A DNA stretch of 64,000 bases, taken from NCBI RefSeq assembly GCF_009914755.1, contig NC_060944.1, one strand, 5' to 3'. The DNA comes from the human T2T-CHM13v2.0 reference genome, Homo sapiens. Each line of letters starts with the position of its first letter. The first letter of the stretch is position 1. Shown piece after piece: positions 46,152 through 57,512 of this stretch. Made by a program: the position numbers and the translations under genes. The notes under the pieces are model-generated. The model saw nothing but the letters and a program-made list of their open reading frames with translations. It did not search any database and was not told where the DNA came from.

Positions 46152-47751
46152 TTTATAAATATTTAACTTTTATGTATATTTAACTGCTATACCATAATTG
46201 ACTAGTTTGTATGTTAATATTAGTAGGTAATAATAATATTTATATTTCCTCCATAGGTAGCTTCTGGGGGCATTTCTGCCTGGTAAATTTTATTCTTTAA
46301 TGACAAATACTAAAGTAAGTAACTTTAAAATATTATTGAGAATTTTTTTTCTATTGATGGGACACTGAATTTGTAGGTGGAAATAAAAACCTAGCTTTTT
46401 ACTAAACTTAATTTTTTATTTAAACACAACTCAAAATGTAAATATAAAATTAAGAATTTCCAAAATTAAACTTAGTTTTAGGAACTCACATAAGCAAGTG
46501 TAATACTGAAGAGCAAAGAAACTGTGCTCTATAAAAAAAAATTACAAGTAATTCTTGAAATCTAAGGGCTAATTTGTGAAGTAAATTTGGAAGCTACTTT
46601 ATGCTGTAGCTCCATCCTAGAGACCGAGAGAACTGCACTAGGAAAACCTGTTCAACCTTTTTTTAACCAGAAATTCTTTCTTTCTCCAGAAATCCTTTTC
46701 AGGTAATGCCTAATGATATCTCATTGAACATGTATTAGAAATTGTAGTTTAATTTTTAATTAAATAATTCAGTGAAAATATATTAATTGTAAAGATAAAT
46801 TTTAACACATATGGGAATACTAGACTTACGGTGGTCATCAACCCAAAATGCTACAAAATTACATAGAATGGTTAGTTTGGCAAAAAATAAATATCACCAC
46901 TAGCACCAAAAACCTAGGTTTCAAAAAGAAATAAAAGAAGCATTCCAAAATGTTAAAAATTTTTCATTTATCTACTTTCTAAATGTTCTTTGAAACACTT
47001 CTTATGTCATCATAATTTTGAAGTTTAAAAGTAAAGAAATAGTTATTCTAGTTAATATACTACCTTAAAGTTACTCTGGCTCACAAACAGAACAAAGCAA
47101 AGCATGACTTGACAGCAGTCGAATTACGGGAAATTGAAGCTAAACGAAATTGGATACCTCACCTCATCTAAACTCCTTACTTTATAAGAAGGAAAAGCAT
47201 CACAAAATGTTGAGGCCATTTAACTTAAAGTCATCAGGTGAGTTAGAGATAATTTGAGACCACTGCTTTTTTTCTCTTTGTTACTATTCTCTTATGAAGT
47301 TTTGCCTGAAAACAGGTCTACTAAAAATATAAGAATTTGTAATGAAGATGAACATATATCATTGCCTTTCTGCTTAGGATTGTTCAATATTTTCCCATTG
47401 ATAATATATAAAATCCTACCTACTTTGACCTCCTCTCCCACCATTTCTTTGCTCTCTATCTCCTAGAACTTCATTCTTGACTCCAAAGCTGCACCCTCCT
47501 GCATCAGTTTCTTTTGTTTGAAATCTTCAGCTCTTCATAAATTTCATCCAGCAAACTCCTATTTATCCTTTAACTCCCTATTATTTTTTCTTACAGTGCC
47601 ACATTTTCCTTCATTAGCACATATCCAATTTAAAGTTACATAGTTTGAGTTTTTGCTTGACTTTCTGTTTCTGCACTAAAGCATAAGCTCCACAAAAGCA
47701 AGTATCATGTCTGATTTAACAGGGTATATTCTATTCTTTTTTTTCCACAAG

Positions 47752-49600
47752 GCGGTGCCCGGTTCGGTCCCAGACGCGGCCACCAACCGACGTAAAGCCG
47801 GTGAGCCGCTCGGGGAGGAGAGAGGATCGGCGGGCGGCGGGCGGGGAAGGGGGCGCAGACAGGCAAGGGCCGGGGACCGCGAGGGCAAGGGCACCTGGGA
47901 GCCCGCAGAGGGGCGGCTGAGGGAGAAACCTCAGGCATGGCCGGGCCACCAGGAAAACACGGCCGCGGGATCCCACCGCCACAGACACGAGGGCGGTCCC
48001 GCGGCGCCCCGCCTGGGACGCCGGAAGGCCCTCGGCACCCACCAAGACCTGCCTCACGAGCCCCTGGTCCCGCCACCGGGGCCCCGAAGCGACCACAGCC
48101 ACAAACTCAACGCCAGGGCCACATCGCTCGTGATTCTCGTCCATCCTCCGACCCGGTCCCGCTCCGGGAGACCGGCGCGCCCCCACCGTGGGACGCTTTC
48201 CCAGGGCCAGGCGGCCCGACCACGTGCCACGCAAACGCCGTCGTCCGCACCGGTCGCGACTCGGCAAGGGAGCGGGCGGAGAGCTGACTCGCGGCGGAGG
48301 GGGGTCACTCGCCGGACGGAACGCTGCGCGCAGCCATCGCTCGCTGTCAGCCGCGTCCCAACCCGCTAGGACGCTGGGCCCTGCCGGCGGGATCCTCCCC
48401 TTACTCGGAAAGGGGAGGCGCCGGCCACAGTAGGCGACGAGCCGCGCTCGGCCACCACCGCGGTGGCCGGCGGAACCCTCGCTCTCCCCCCGTCACCCCG
48501 TCGAGGGGGAAGCTGAGGAGGGTTCCTCTGCAAGCGAGTCGCTACTGCAGCGCTACCATAACGGAGAGAGAGACAGAGGCGGCAGGCCGGGGGATCCCGT
48601 ACCCCAAGGCACACCTCTTGGATCGCTAGAGAAGGCTTTCTCACCGAGGATGGGTCACACTCCCCACCCGCCAGCCGCCCCTCGTGGGGCCCGAGGGGCC
48701 CGCAGAGGCGCTCAGGGAGGCCTGGGGAAGGGAGGGGGCCTGTGGTACCAGGAAAAACCTGCGTGCGGCAACCTTGAGCGTTCGCGGTCAGGGCGGGGAC
48801 CGGCAGGTGCGAGCGTGAGCGCAACTCCACAAGCCCCCGCCTCCCACCCCCCCCCCCACCCCGTCCACCCGCCTCTTTTCTTCAGAGGCAAAGCACCTCC
48901 GAGTAAACCCACACACGACCGGTCGGAGGCAGAACGGTAGCCCCTCGGCGGCCGGCCGGCGCACGCGTCACCAGCCCAAGCCCACCGCGATCGCTCACAG
49001 GGCCCGTGCGCACCCGCCAGAGGGGAGCACCGGACGTGCGCTCGCCGGACCAGGCGGGCGCCCTTCCCCGCGTGGGAGGGGCGCGTCTCGTCTCACTCAA
49101 CCGCCTCGGACCCCACACCGACGAGCTCCCTCAGGACCCACGCGCGGACACCGAGGCGCCGACCGGAGGAGGGGGCGCTGGGGGTGGGAACGACACACCA
49201 CCGCTCGGCCTCGGGAACCTGAGGGACAACCCGGAGCGCTCCAGGAGCACCGCAAAGGCCCAGGGGGAGCCAACGCTCGCGCAAACTCCCCGGGAGGGCA
49301 GCACGACGGGCCGGCGGGACAGCACCCCCACCGCTGCGGAGGGGGGCCGCCCGCAAGTCGACAACCACAGGAGGCGAGAGCGAGGGGTGCCTGCCGCGTC
49401 AGAGGACCCCCCGACCCACCCCGCGAGGCAGAAGGCGGGGGCGGGACAGCGAGGTCAGGCCGGGTTCCGCACCCCATGCCTTCCCAACGCACCACCCGCA
49501 GGCGAGGAAGAGGAGAGACAAGGGGCCCCCGCGGGCGGGACGAGAAGAAGGGTCCCATTCGCCACGAATGTCCGCCCCTCGCCCGTCGCGGCTCGGACAC
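47752..49600. promoter_or_regulatory. CpG island, probable Pol II promoter of the miR-663a host transcript
   Basis: Very high GC and CpG density with GC boxes (GGGCGG) in otherwise CpG-depleted DNA. Confidence 0.75.
47936..48028 (-). ncRNA. MIR663A: miR-663a precursor hairpin (mature 47993-48014)
   Basis: Minus strand reads CCTTCCGGCGTCCCAGGCGGGGCGCCGCGGGACCGCCCTCGTGTCTGTGGCGGTGGGATCCCGCGGCCGTGTTTTCCTGGTGGCCCGGCCATG (93 nt), matching recalled hsa-mir-663a including the CCTTCC and CATG ends that differ from rDNA and mir-663b. Confidence 0.9.
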
Positions 49601-50701
49601 GGCCAGGGAGAGCATGACATCACCATATTCTATTCTTACAAGAGTGCTGCCACGTAAGTGTCAATGAATGTTTGTGAAATAAATGAGGGACTAAAGGAGT
49701 GATCGAACAAATAAAAATAAGTTATCTGTGTGTATTGTATGTGTGAATAAGATTTTGAGTTTGGCCAAGGCAGTTAATCACATATTAACAACTCTTTAGA
49801 TACATAAGGTTTATAGCAATGAGGTACAAAATTGGTTCAACACCAAATTCTAAGATGAAACAAGGTTTATGTTCAGAAATATAGTGTTACTTTTTCTAAT
49901 ATCATTTGCCCTCCAACTATCAGCATGACACATGCAAACCATTGATACGTGTTTTTTTTTTTTGTATTGAAGATTCCACATGAAGAAAAATTATTATATT
50001 TCCAATAGGAAGTCCTCTTCTAAATGACAACAAATCTGAGGGTGAACACATTTGTTAAAAAGAGAGAGATTAAAAAGTTAAGATGCTGTTTGTACAGTAT
50101 ATAACTGAACAAAGTTGTATCTAGCAATTTGACAAGAAAGGTAAAACAGAATATTAACCTCAGCACACAAGTTTAGCTAATGATCTGGAACGGGGAGTTG
50201 TGAGTAGAGAGGAGGACAAAGATGAAAGACAACCATTTATCCCAAGTTTCTTTCCAAAGATGAAAAATAAAAAACCCTCTTAGTAATGTTTTTTAAATTC
50301 TAACTACTTTCAAGAACACATCAATAAGATATAGAGAGATAACAATCAAGTTGGACATTAACTTAAAAGTCAGATGACTTTTTAAGCATAAGTAACTTAG
50401 AACTGTAAAGTAAAAAACACTAAATGTCAATGACTTTAAAGTGGATACTGAAGTAAAAAAAAAACCTTCTATTAAAAACTAGACTATATGCAGTAACTTA
50501 TGTAGAAAGCTTAGCATAAATATTTATACAAAATTGCCCTACCATATTTTATTAAAATATTACATTATAAATTAAGAGAAAATAATTTTAAAAATGAGTT
50601 ATATTTTAGGCAATTTTTCTCAAAATGAGTTTCATAAATTGATATGGTTATTAGCATAGTAATTTCAATAATAGGAACAAAGAAACCAAATGAAAACCTA
50701 A

Positions 50702-50747
50702 TGTGTGTGTGTGTGTGTGTGTGTTTTGTGTGTGTGTGTGTGTGTGT
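50702..50747. repeat. Interrupted (TG)n microsatellite
   Basis: Read directly from the sequence. Confidence 0.95.
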
Positions 50748-51842
50748 ATACAATTACCTGGAATTCCAACTTCAATATGTTTAAAAATACTTCAGTGAAA
50801 AACATTAGATTTCTTTTAAGGTAGTTTGTAAGATATTTATTAGGTTTATTTGTAGGCCTTGCACACTAAGTTAAGCAACACTATCATAAAATAAATTATT
50901 TAATAATGAAACAGAAACTCAAAGCTTCATATTATAATTAAATAAACTCTAAAGTATCTAATAACTTCAACTGTATGCCCTTAAATAACATCAGGACTAC
51001 AATGTCTATCAACTTGCCCACAGAAAAAGCAACAATGAAAGAAAGAAAGAGATATCTATTTTGTCATAAAAGATCAACACACTTTGTCCAACTGTTGGTC
51101 CAACTGCTATAAAGTGGGCCAATGCTAATGGCAAATAAAGGAGCTGCCATTCAACATGCATTCTAGTAGTGAATATTAACTGACTACTACGTGAAGGCAG
51201 TGTTCATTGAACAAATAAAAGAACCCTTGCCTGCATGACGCTTATATTTTGGTCGCTTTACATTTTACTGGAGGAAACGTGAAGAATAGAATACCAGCAA
51301 TATTAGCAACAACATTATCCCACTAGAAGGGCTCCAGTGATTGATATTTCCAGACTCATCTCAGTGACCCTATATGATCTTTATATTCCAAGGAACATGG
51401 CAATGGATTTTAACATTTCCAAATTAAAAGGTAATGGTAAAGTAATGATAATCAACATAAAAAATGACTCCCTGGAAACGAAAGCAACTCATTTCAAATG
51501 GCTTTGGAATGCCATTAGGACAGCACCTTTTTATTTGTAATGCATAAGTCTCACAATCCAGAGAGCAGGTCTTGTGAATTTTGATGAGAGGTAAGGCATT
51601 ACAGAAAGACACAAAAGTCACGCTCCAGATCCCAGCAATATAGCTAGTAGGACGGACACAGAGTACATAGTTGTACTACTGATCACAGTGACTTAGAGAT
51701 TGGAACCTATAGTTCTGTGAGATTAGGCATCATTTCAAGATAAAATTTACATTTTTAATAAATGCAAACTTTGGCTCAGCTAAACAAGGTACCTTGGGCT
51801 ATATTCTTTCCTGTAGATAGATAAATTTGACGTAATTCACCC

Positions 51843-54800
51843 TTGTGCAGTCTAAACATACCATGTGCCAACAGTGATGTAAGTCACTGAATATGTGAGA
51901 TAAAGTATGATGAATTCTATTGACAAATACAGGCAATGGCTTCCATTTAATTGAGAAGAAACCACATACCTAGCACAAGTCATTTTCTGTGCATTAACTT
52001 TTCATAATACAACTATATGAAGTTATAGCCTATTTTATATATAAGCATTTCCAAAGGTTAAGAAAGGGCACAGTGAGAGTGAGAAGCACAGTCTGGGTCG
52101 GTAGGACAATCTAGTTGTCTATCTGTGCTTTAAACTCCTATAAACATATCTCCCATACCACAGCATCTAACTCAGAGTCACATTCGAATTGCCAGCAAAT
52201 GGAAGCCTCATAAACCCAAAAGGTGAACGGCAGTGAAGTGTATAGAGCACACTTTGAGTGCACAGAGTATCTTTGCAGACAGTATCTTTTAAGACTTTCA
52301 CAATCACATCATGAGATTATTCCCATACCAAAAAGTAGGAAATGAAAGCCTGGAAACAAGTTATATCGACATTAAACTGCTCTCAAACCCAAGTGTACAA
52401 ATGATTTTTCTTGCAAAGAAATTTATATCCTACACAAAGTTCTATTTCAAAATGAATTCTGGAATTCAATTAAACACTCATCTTGAAAACAAGAGTTTAA
52501 GTGGAAATTCCTCACTGGTATTCAAGCAAATAAATAATGATATTAAACCTACATCTAATCTCTTATCATACATATTGAAAGTTTGCTATATAGCTACCAC
52601 TAAGTTATACATTTCCAGTGACACAAACCATGAAATGAATTTCTTTCTATTGGTACTAGCAAAAAACAAACAAACTACATAGACGGCAAAAAGGTCAATC
52701 TACTAATTTATCTTCTAATAACTTTCCACCCAGGCGCATTCATCCCTCTTATTAGACGGTTGTTCTATGCTTCTTTAATTTTTTGACATTCTAATTGCCT
52801 CACCTGAACCAAAAAAAGAATGTGGATCTAGGATCAATACCTTTTGAAAAGTCATTTATTTCATTATATTAATTTTTCATATATCTGCATTATTGCATAG
52901 AATACCCGATTGGTCTTATGCTAAGTTTTTCATGTAACATTACCTCTGCAAGATGTTAATAAGTATCCTTCCAAAAATGTTTGAAAAATCTTGGGTAAAA
53001 CATATTAAGTAAGTTCCTGTTTTATAGTTTTCCAAGAGTTTTACTATCCTTGGCCAATGATGAAATTCAAAGCAGAGATATAGTACACAACTTTTGTAAA
53101 ATTTACCTATTTTTCTTGTAAGACTGTGGCTTTGTTTCATTTTGTTTTGTTTTGAACTTCTTTTCTGTGATGTGACATAAGACTGTGTTTTGAGTTAGGG
53201 GTGGGGACATACATTAACAGAGGTTTAGGAACTGCTTTGTTAAAGCAAGTTTGAGGGGGAAATGGGGAGACTAATACAAGATTTTCATTGAAGCAGTGGG
53301 AGTTGAAGGGGTAGGTGGTTTTTGGAGAAAGAAGAGACCCATTCACCGCACAGGCTTCTTTATATTTCTGCTCTGTGTGATACATAGTGAAGATAGAGAC
53401 ATTCACTTCTTCTATTTCCCACCCCTGGCCGGGGGTAACACAAAGGGACCTGATGAAGACACAGCCTTATACCTGTATCAAGTGTCCTTGAGAGTGGTAG
53501 GACTGGAGAGGCCTGAGAAATAAAAACATACATGCATTAAAAGGAACAAATAAAGAGAAGAAGAAAACTCAGACATGGTAAATTAACTTTGTACCTTTCC
53601 TTACAACCTAGCATATCAGAGGGTACATGATTTCCTTTTGACCTGCTTCCTTTATGCTGACTGCATGAACAGGGAAGGGGGTTGGGGTACACGTGGGTGA
53701 TAATTGTATTTATTATATACCTGGTATTAATACATCTATAGAGACAATTGGAATGACCATACTGGGGAAACAGCAAGGGAAGAACTGAAAAAGCTAAAAT
53801 AAATACTTGGTTCTATAAAAAATACTACAAAAAGATTTCTCATGTCTGACAAATTACATTTTAGTCTAATAGCAATAAGTAGACCGAAGCTAAGGTGATT
53901 TGATAAATATCATAAGGTATTTTATTGGGAAATTGATATCTATATGTATTGCTTGTAAAGCTCAGTAATCTGTTCTTGAATTGAGAAATTACGGAGACAA
54001 CATCAAAAGCTGTCATTTTTGTTTCTATGTTGTTGTTGTTATTGTTTGTGAGGTGAGAGCTTCTAAACTTTATGACTGTTTGAAAGGGACCTATATAGGC
54101 CTTGCCTGAATATTAAGTCATGTGAAATGATAAACAGCTTTCTGATTTATTGGGTTAAAGAAAAAATTGAGAAATTGAGCATCATTAAAATTAAAGACTT
54201 TTGTTATTCAAACTGTGCTTAGAATGAAAAGAAAAGCCACAGGTTGGGAGAAAATCTTTTCAAAACACATACCAGATAAATTAGTGGTATTTAAAGTATA
54301 CAAAGAACTCGAAAATAAGAAAGAAAACAACTCATTTAAAAAATAGGCCAAAGGTCTAAATACAGCTGTCAAATACAGATATTGAAAAGTTACTAGTCAT
54401 ATATCATTAGGGAACTGCAAGTCACGACAACAGTGAGATATTATTACATGACTATTAAAATGGCCAATATCCAAAAGTCTGATAATATGAAATGCTGGCA
54501 AATGTGAGGAGAAACAGGAACTTTTATTCATTGCTGGTGAGAATGCAGAATGGTACAGCTACTTTGGGAGTCAGTTTGGCAGTTTCTTACAAAACTTAAA
54601 CATACTATTACCACACAACCCAGCAATTACATTCCCTGGTATTTACTTAAAGGATTTGAAAACTTACATGCACACAAAAACCTTCTTCCCATGAATGTTA
54701 TAGGAGACTTATTCATGACCACTAAAATCGAAATGTCCTTCAGGAAGTGAATGGAAAAATAAACTGTGGTATATCCAGGCAATGGAATATTATTCTATCA

Positions 54801-55273
54801 AGCCACAGAAGACACACAGGAACCTTTAAATGCATATTGCCGAGTGAAAGAAGCCAGTCTGAAAGTCTACATACCGTGTGATTCAACTACATGACCTTCT
54901 GGAGAAAGCAAAACTATGGAGACAGTAAAGAGATCAGTGGCTATGAGGGATTTGGAGGAGATTTGCGCAGTCTAAACATACCATGTGCCAACAATGATGT
55001 AAAGCACTGAATATGTGAGACAAAGTATGATGAATTCTATTGACAAATACAGGCAATGGCTTCCATTTAATTGAGAAGAAACCATATACCTAGCACAAGT
55101 CTTTTTCTGTGCATTAACTTTTCATAATACAACTATATGAAGTTATAGCCTATTTTATATATAAATAAAAGCATTTCCAAAGATTAAGAAAGGGCACAGT
55201 GAGAGTGAGAAGCACAGTCTGGGTAGGTAGGACAATCTAGTTGTCTATCTGTGCTTTAAACTCCTATAAACAT
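51843..55273 (+). repeat. ~305-bp dispersed direct duplication (51843-52147 copied to 54963-55273)
   Basis: Near-identical text from ttg(t/c)gcagtctaaacatacc to ctcctataaacat, with about 9 substitutions and one 6-bp indel. Confidence 0.97.
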
Positions 55274-55645
55274 CACCTCAATCTACTAATTTATCTTCTA
55301 GATAAAATAGTAGAGGAAGTGATGAATGGATGGAGCAAGGAAGAATTTTAGGAAAGTGAATCCATTATTCTGTGTGACACTGTAGTGAGGATTATTTGTC
55401 ATTACACATTTGACAAAACCTACAGAATTCATAAGGAGTAAACTCTAATATAAACTACAGACTTTGGTCAGTAATAATGTACCAATATTGACTCATCAAC
55501 TATAACAAATGTACCACACTATTGCAAGATGTTAAAAGTGAGGGAAATTGGGGTAGAGGCTGAGGAAGACATGTGAATGCTTATTCACTTCTTTTTGCAA
55601 ACCTAAAATTGCTTTTAAAAAGTCAATTAATAAAAATTAAAACAA
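54165..55645 (+). mobile_element. L1MC-type 3' portion, interrupted at 54962-55314
   Basis: gctggtgagaatgcagaatggtacagctactttgg, gcaaaactatggagacagtaaagagatcagtgg, taacaaatgtaccacact. Confidence 0.85.
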
Positions 55646-56599
55646 GGCAGGGTTTTCATGCAATGGAAAAAAACACACAATTTTAGTAAGTGACTGATAA
55701 TTATGCTTATGCCACTTTGCTAGATTACATTTCATTAATAAATATAGTTTCATTCTTTATGTTATAAAGCAGAATAAAATCAGATATCTAGAGAAATTGA
55801 TTAGAGTAAAAGCATTTTCACCTCTCAAGTCAGAATGAGCTCTTTAGAATCAGCCCATTTTATAGCTAAATCAATCATTGTTTGATTTTAAAAAAAATTG
55901 AGAAAAACATTAACTTCACTTTTTCCACGAAACTCAATGTCATGACAGCATTGTGAGTCACCTCAATGTAGGATTAAAAGCTATTTCTGGACCCAATAGA
56001 CTTACTGTGCTACATTCTGAAAATGTAAGACATTAAAGTCCAGTCTTTGTTTGATCTGCTGTCCTTTGCAGTTACCAAAAGGTCAATTTATCCTGCTTCT
56101 TTTTTCTCTTTTTCATATATCTTGCACTTCAGCTTAATATTAGTATTAAGCTAAATTTCTTATTTTATTTTGAGTGATGAAGGAAAACAGAGATTGTTTC
56201 AATACAGTTAATGAGAATAAGCAGCAAAAGGTACTTATAAAGTACACAAGAGAGCTATCAGATAAAAATTTGTTCAAAAAAAGATTTGGAAATTTTTATC
56301 GCATGAATGTTCAAATGGAAAGGAAAACTTTATGGATTTTTTTTCCACCACACATGAGTAGCAGCACTAAAGTAGTGAATAATGCCGCTTCAATTAGTAG
56401 TTTTCGTATATTTCTGATATCAGAAATGTATTGTTAGTAACTAGTTTTAAAAGCAGAGCATTTTCGTGCATGGTATTCCACTGAATTCCAAAGCCCAAAC
56501 TTAACTTAGGCTAATTTCTCTCTGCTGGCAGCACCAATAATTTCTCATAAATAACATTTCATATATATATGTCATTCTGATGATGTAAAGGAGTTCACA

Positions 56600-56812
56600 T
56601 ATTATGGACCTACGAGCCAAATTCAATCAATGGCTTGTTTCATATGGCTGAGAGCTAAAAATTGTTTTGGCATTTTTGAAGTGTTTAAAGAAGGAGAAGG
56701 AAGGGGAGAAGAAGAATGAGTAGATGAAGGAGAGACAGAGATTACATATGGCCAGCAAAGCCTATAATATTTACTGTCTAGTTCTTCACATAAAGAAGTT
56801 TTCCAATCTCGA
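56600..56812. mobile_element. MER58B/C-like hAT element
   Basis: gagccaaatt...atatggccagcaaagcctataatatttactgtct...aagttttccaa. Confidence 0.65.
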
Positions 56813-56850
56813 ACGAAACACACACATTTTTGTTATGTCAAAAAAGGACT

Positions 56851-57512
56851 GCAATAAGTCTTAACATCATTGATAGGTTCTTGAAAACTGGTAATAGGTA
56901 TATATATTTATGGTCACATGTGATGTTTTGATACACGAATACAGGAGGGATAAATTGGGGATGGTTAATTGGTGCAAAAATACAGTAAGCGAAACCCATT
57001 TTACCGTAGATTGACATAAAAAAGAGTTAAGCTTCTATGGCTTTTGGTAACAAAAACATCAACAAACTTGTAAATAAAGATCAAAACACTTCTAATATTA
57101 AATGCTGAAATAAATTTGAGCTATTCATACATTTAATATTAATAAAAACTAGTAAAATCATTATTTACCTACTTATTTCAGTTTAGGGTTGCAGTTGACC
57201 ACAGCCTATCCTGTCAGCTCAGGATGCAATGTGGGAACCAGCCCTGGACAGGACGCCATCGCATTGCCGGTGCACTCACACATACCCACAGTTACTCAGA
57301 CTGGGACCACACAGACATGTCAATCGACCTCACATGCACAGCCTTGGGAAGTGAGAGGAAACTGGAGCATCCAGAGAATATCCATGCAGACATGGGGAGA
57401 ATACATAAGCTCTACACAGACAGTGAACCCCAACTGGAATCTATTTGTTTTTTCTCATCAACATTATAATGAAATGACATTGAATGAAACGTCGTTATTC
57501 GAAGACCTGTTG
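56851..57512 (-). mobile_element. MER6/MER6A (Tigger-type) DNA transposon
   Basis: ggaaccagccctggacaggacgccat, catgcagacatggggagaa and the terminal aatgaaacgtcgttattcgaagacctgttg. Confidence 0.8.

Larger units (their letters stand above)
47739..49624 (-). pseudogene. Retrotransposed 45S/47S pre-rRNA 5'-ETS fragment (about +430 to +2300)
   Basis: Collinear with the recalled human 5'-ETS (GTCCGAGCCGCGACGGGCGAGGGGCGGAC, GTTGTCGACTTGCGGGCGGCCCC, CTCCGTTATGGTAGCGCTGC, GGAGGATGGACGAGAATCACGAGCGA). TSD at 47726-47738 and 49625-49637, oligo-A tail. No Pol I promoter and no 18S. Confidence 0.95.
47500..49690 (+). mobile_element. L2 3' end, split by the rDNA-derived insert (47500-47738 and 49625-49690)
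   Basis: Removing the insert gives taagctccacaaaagcaagtatcatgtctg...tatattctattcttacaagagtgctgccacgtaagtgtcaatgaatgtttgtgaaataaatga, a continuous L2 tail. Confidence 0.65.

Noticed and set aside
47739-49624. Functional rDNA unit or rRNA gene
   Set aside because: No Pol I promoter and no 18S/5.8S/28S; only an internal spacer fragment bounded by TSDs.
47676-49667. About 17 overlapping ORFs of 60-220 aa on both strands
   Set aside because: Stop-poor GC-rich ETS sequence; low-complexity Arg/Gly/Pro peptides with no recognisable domain.
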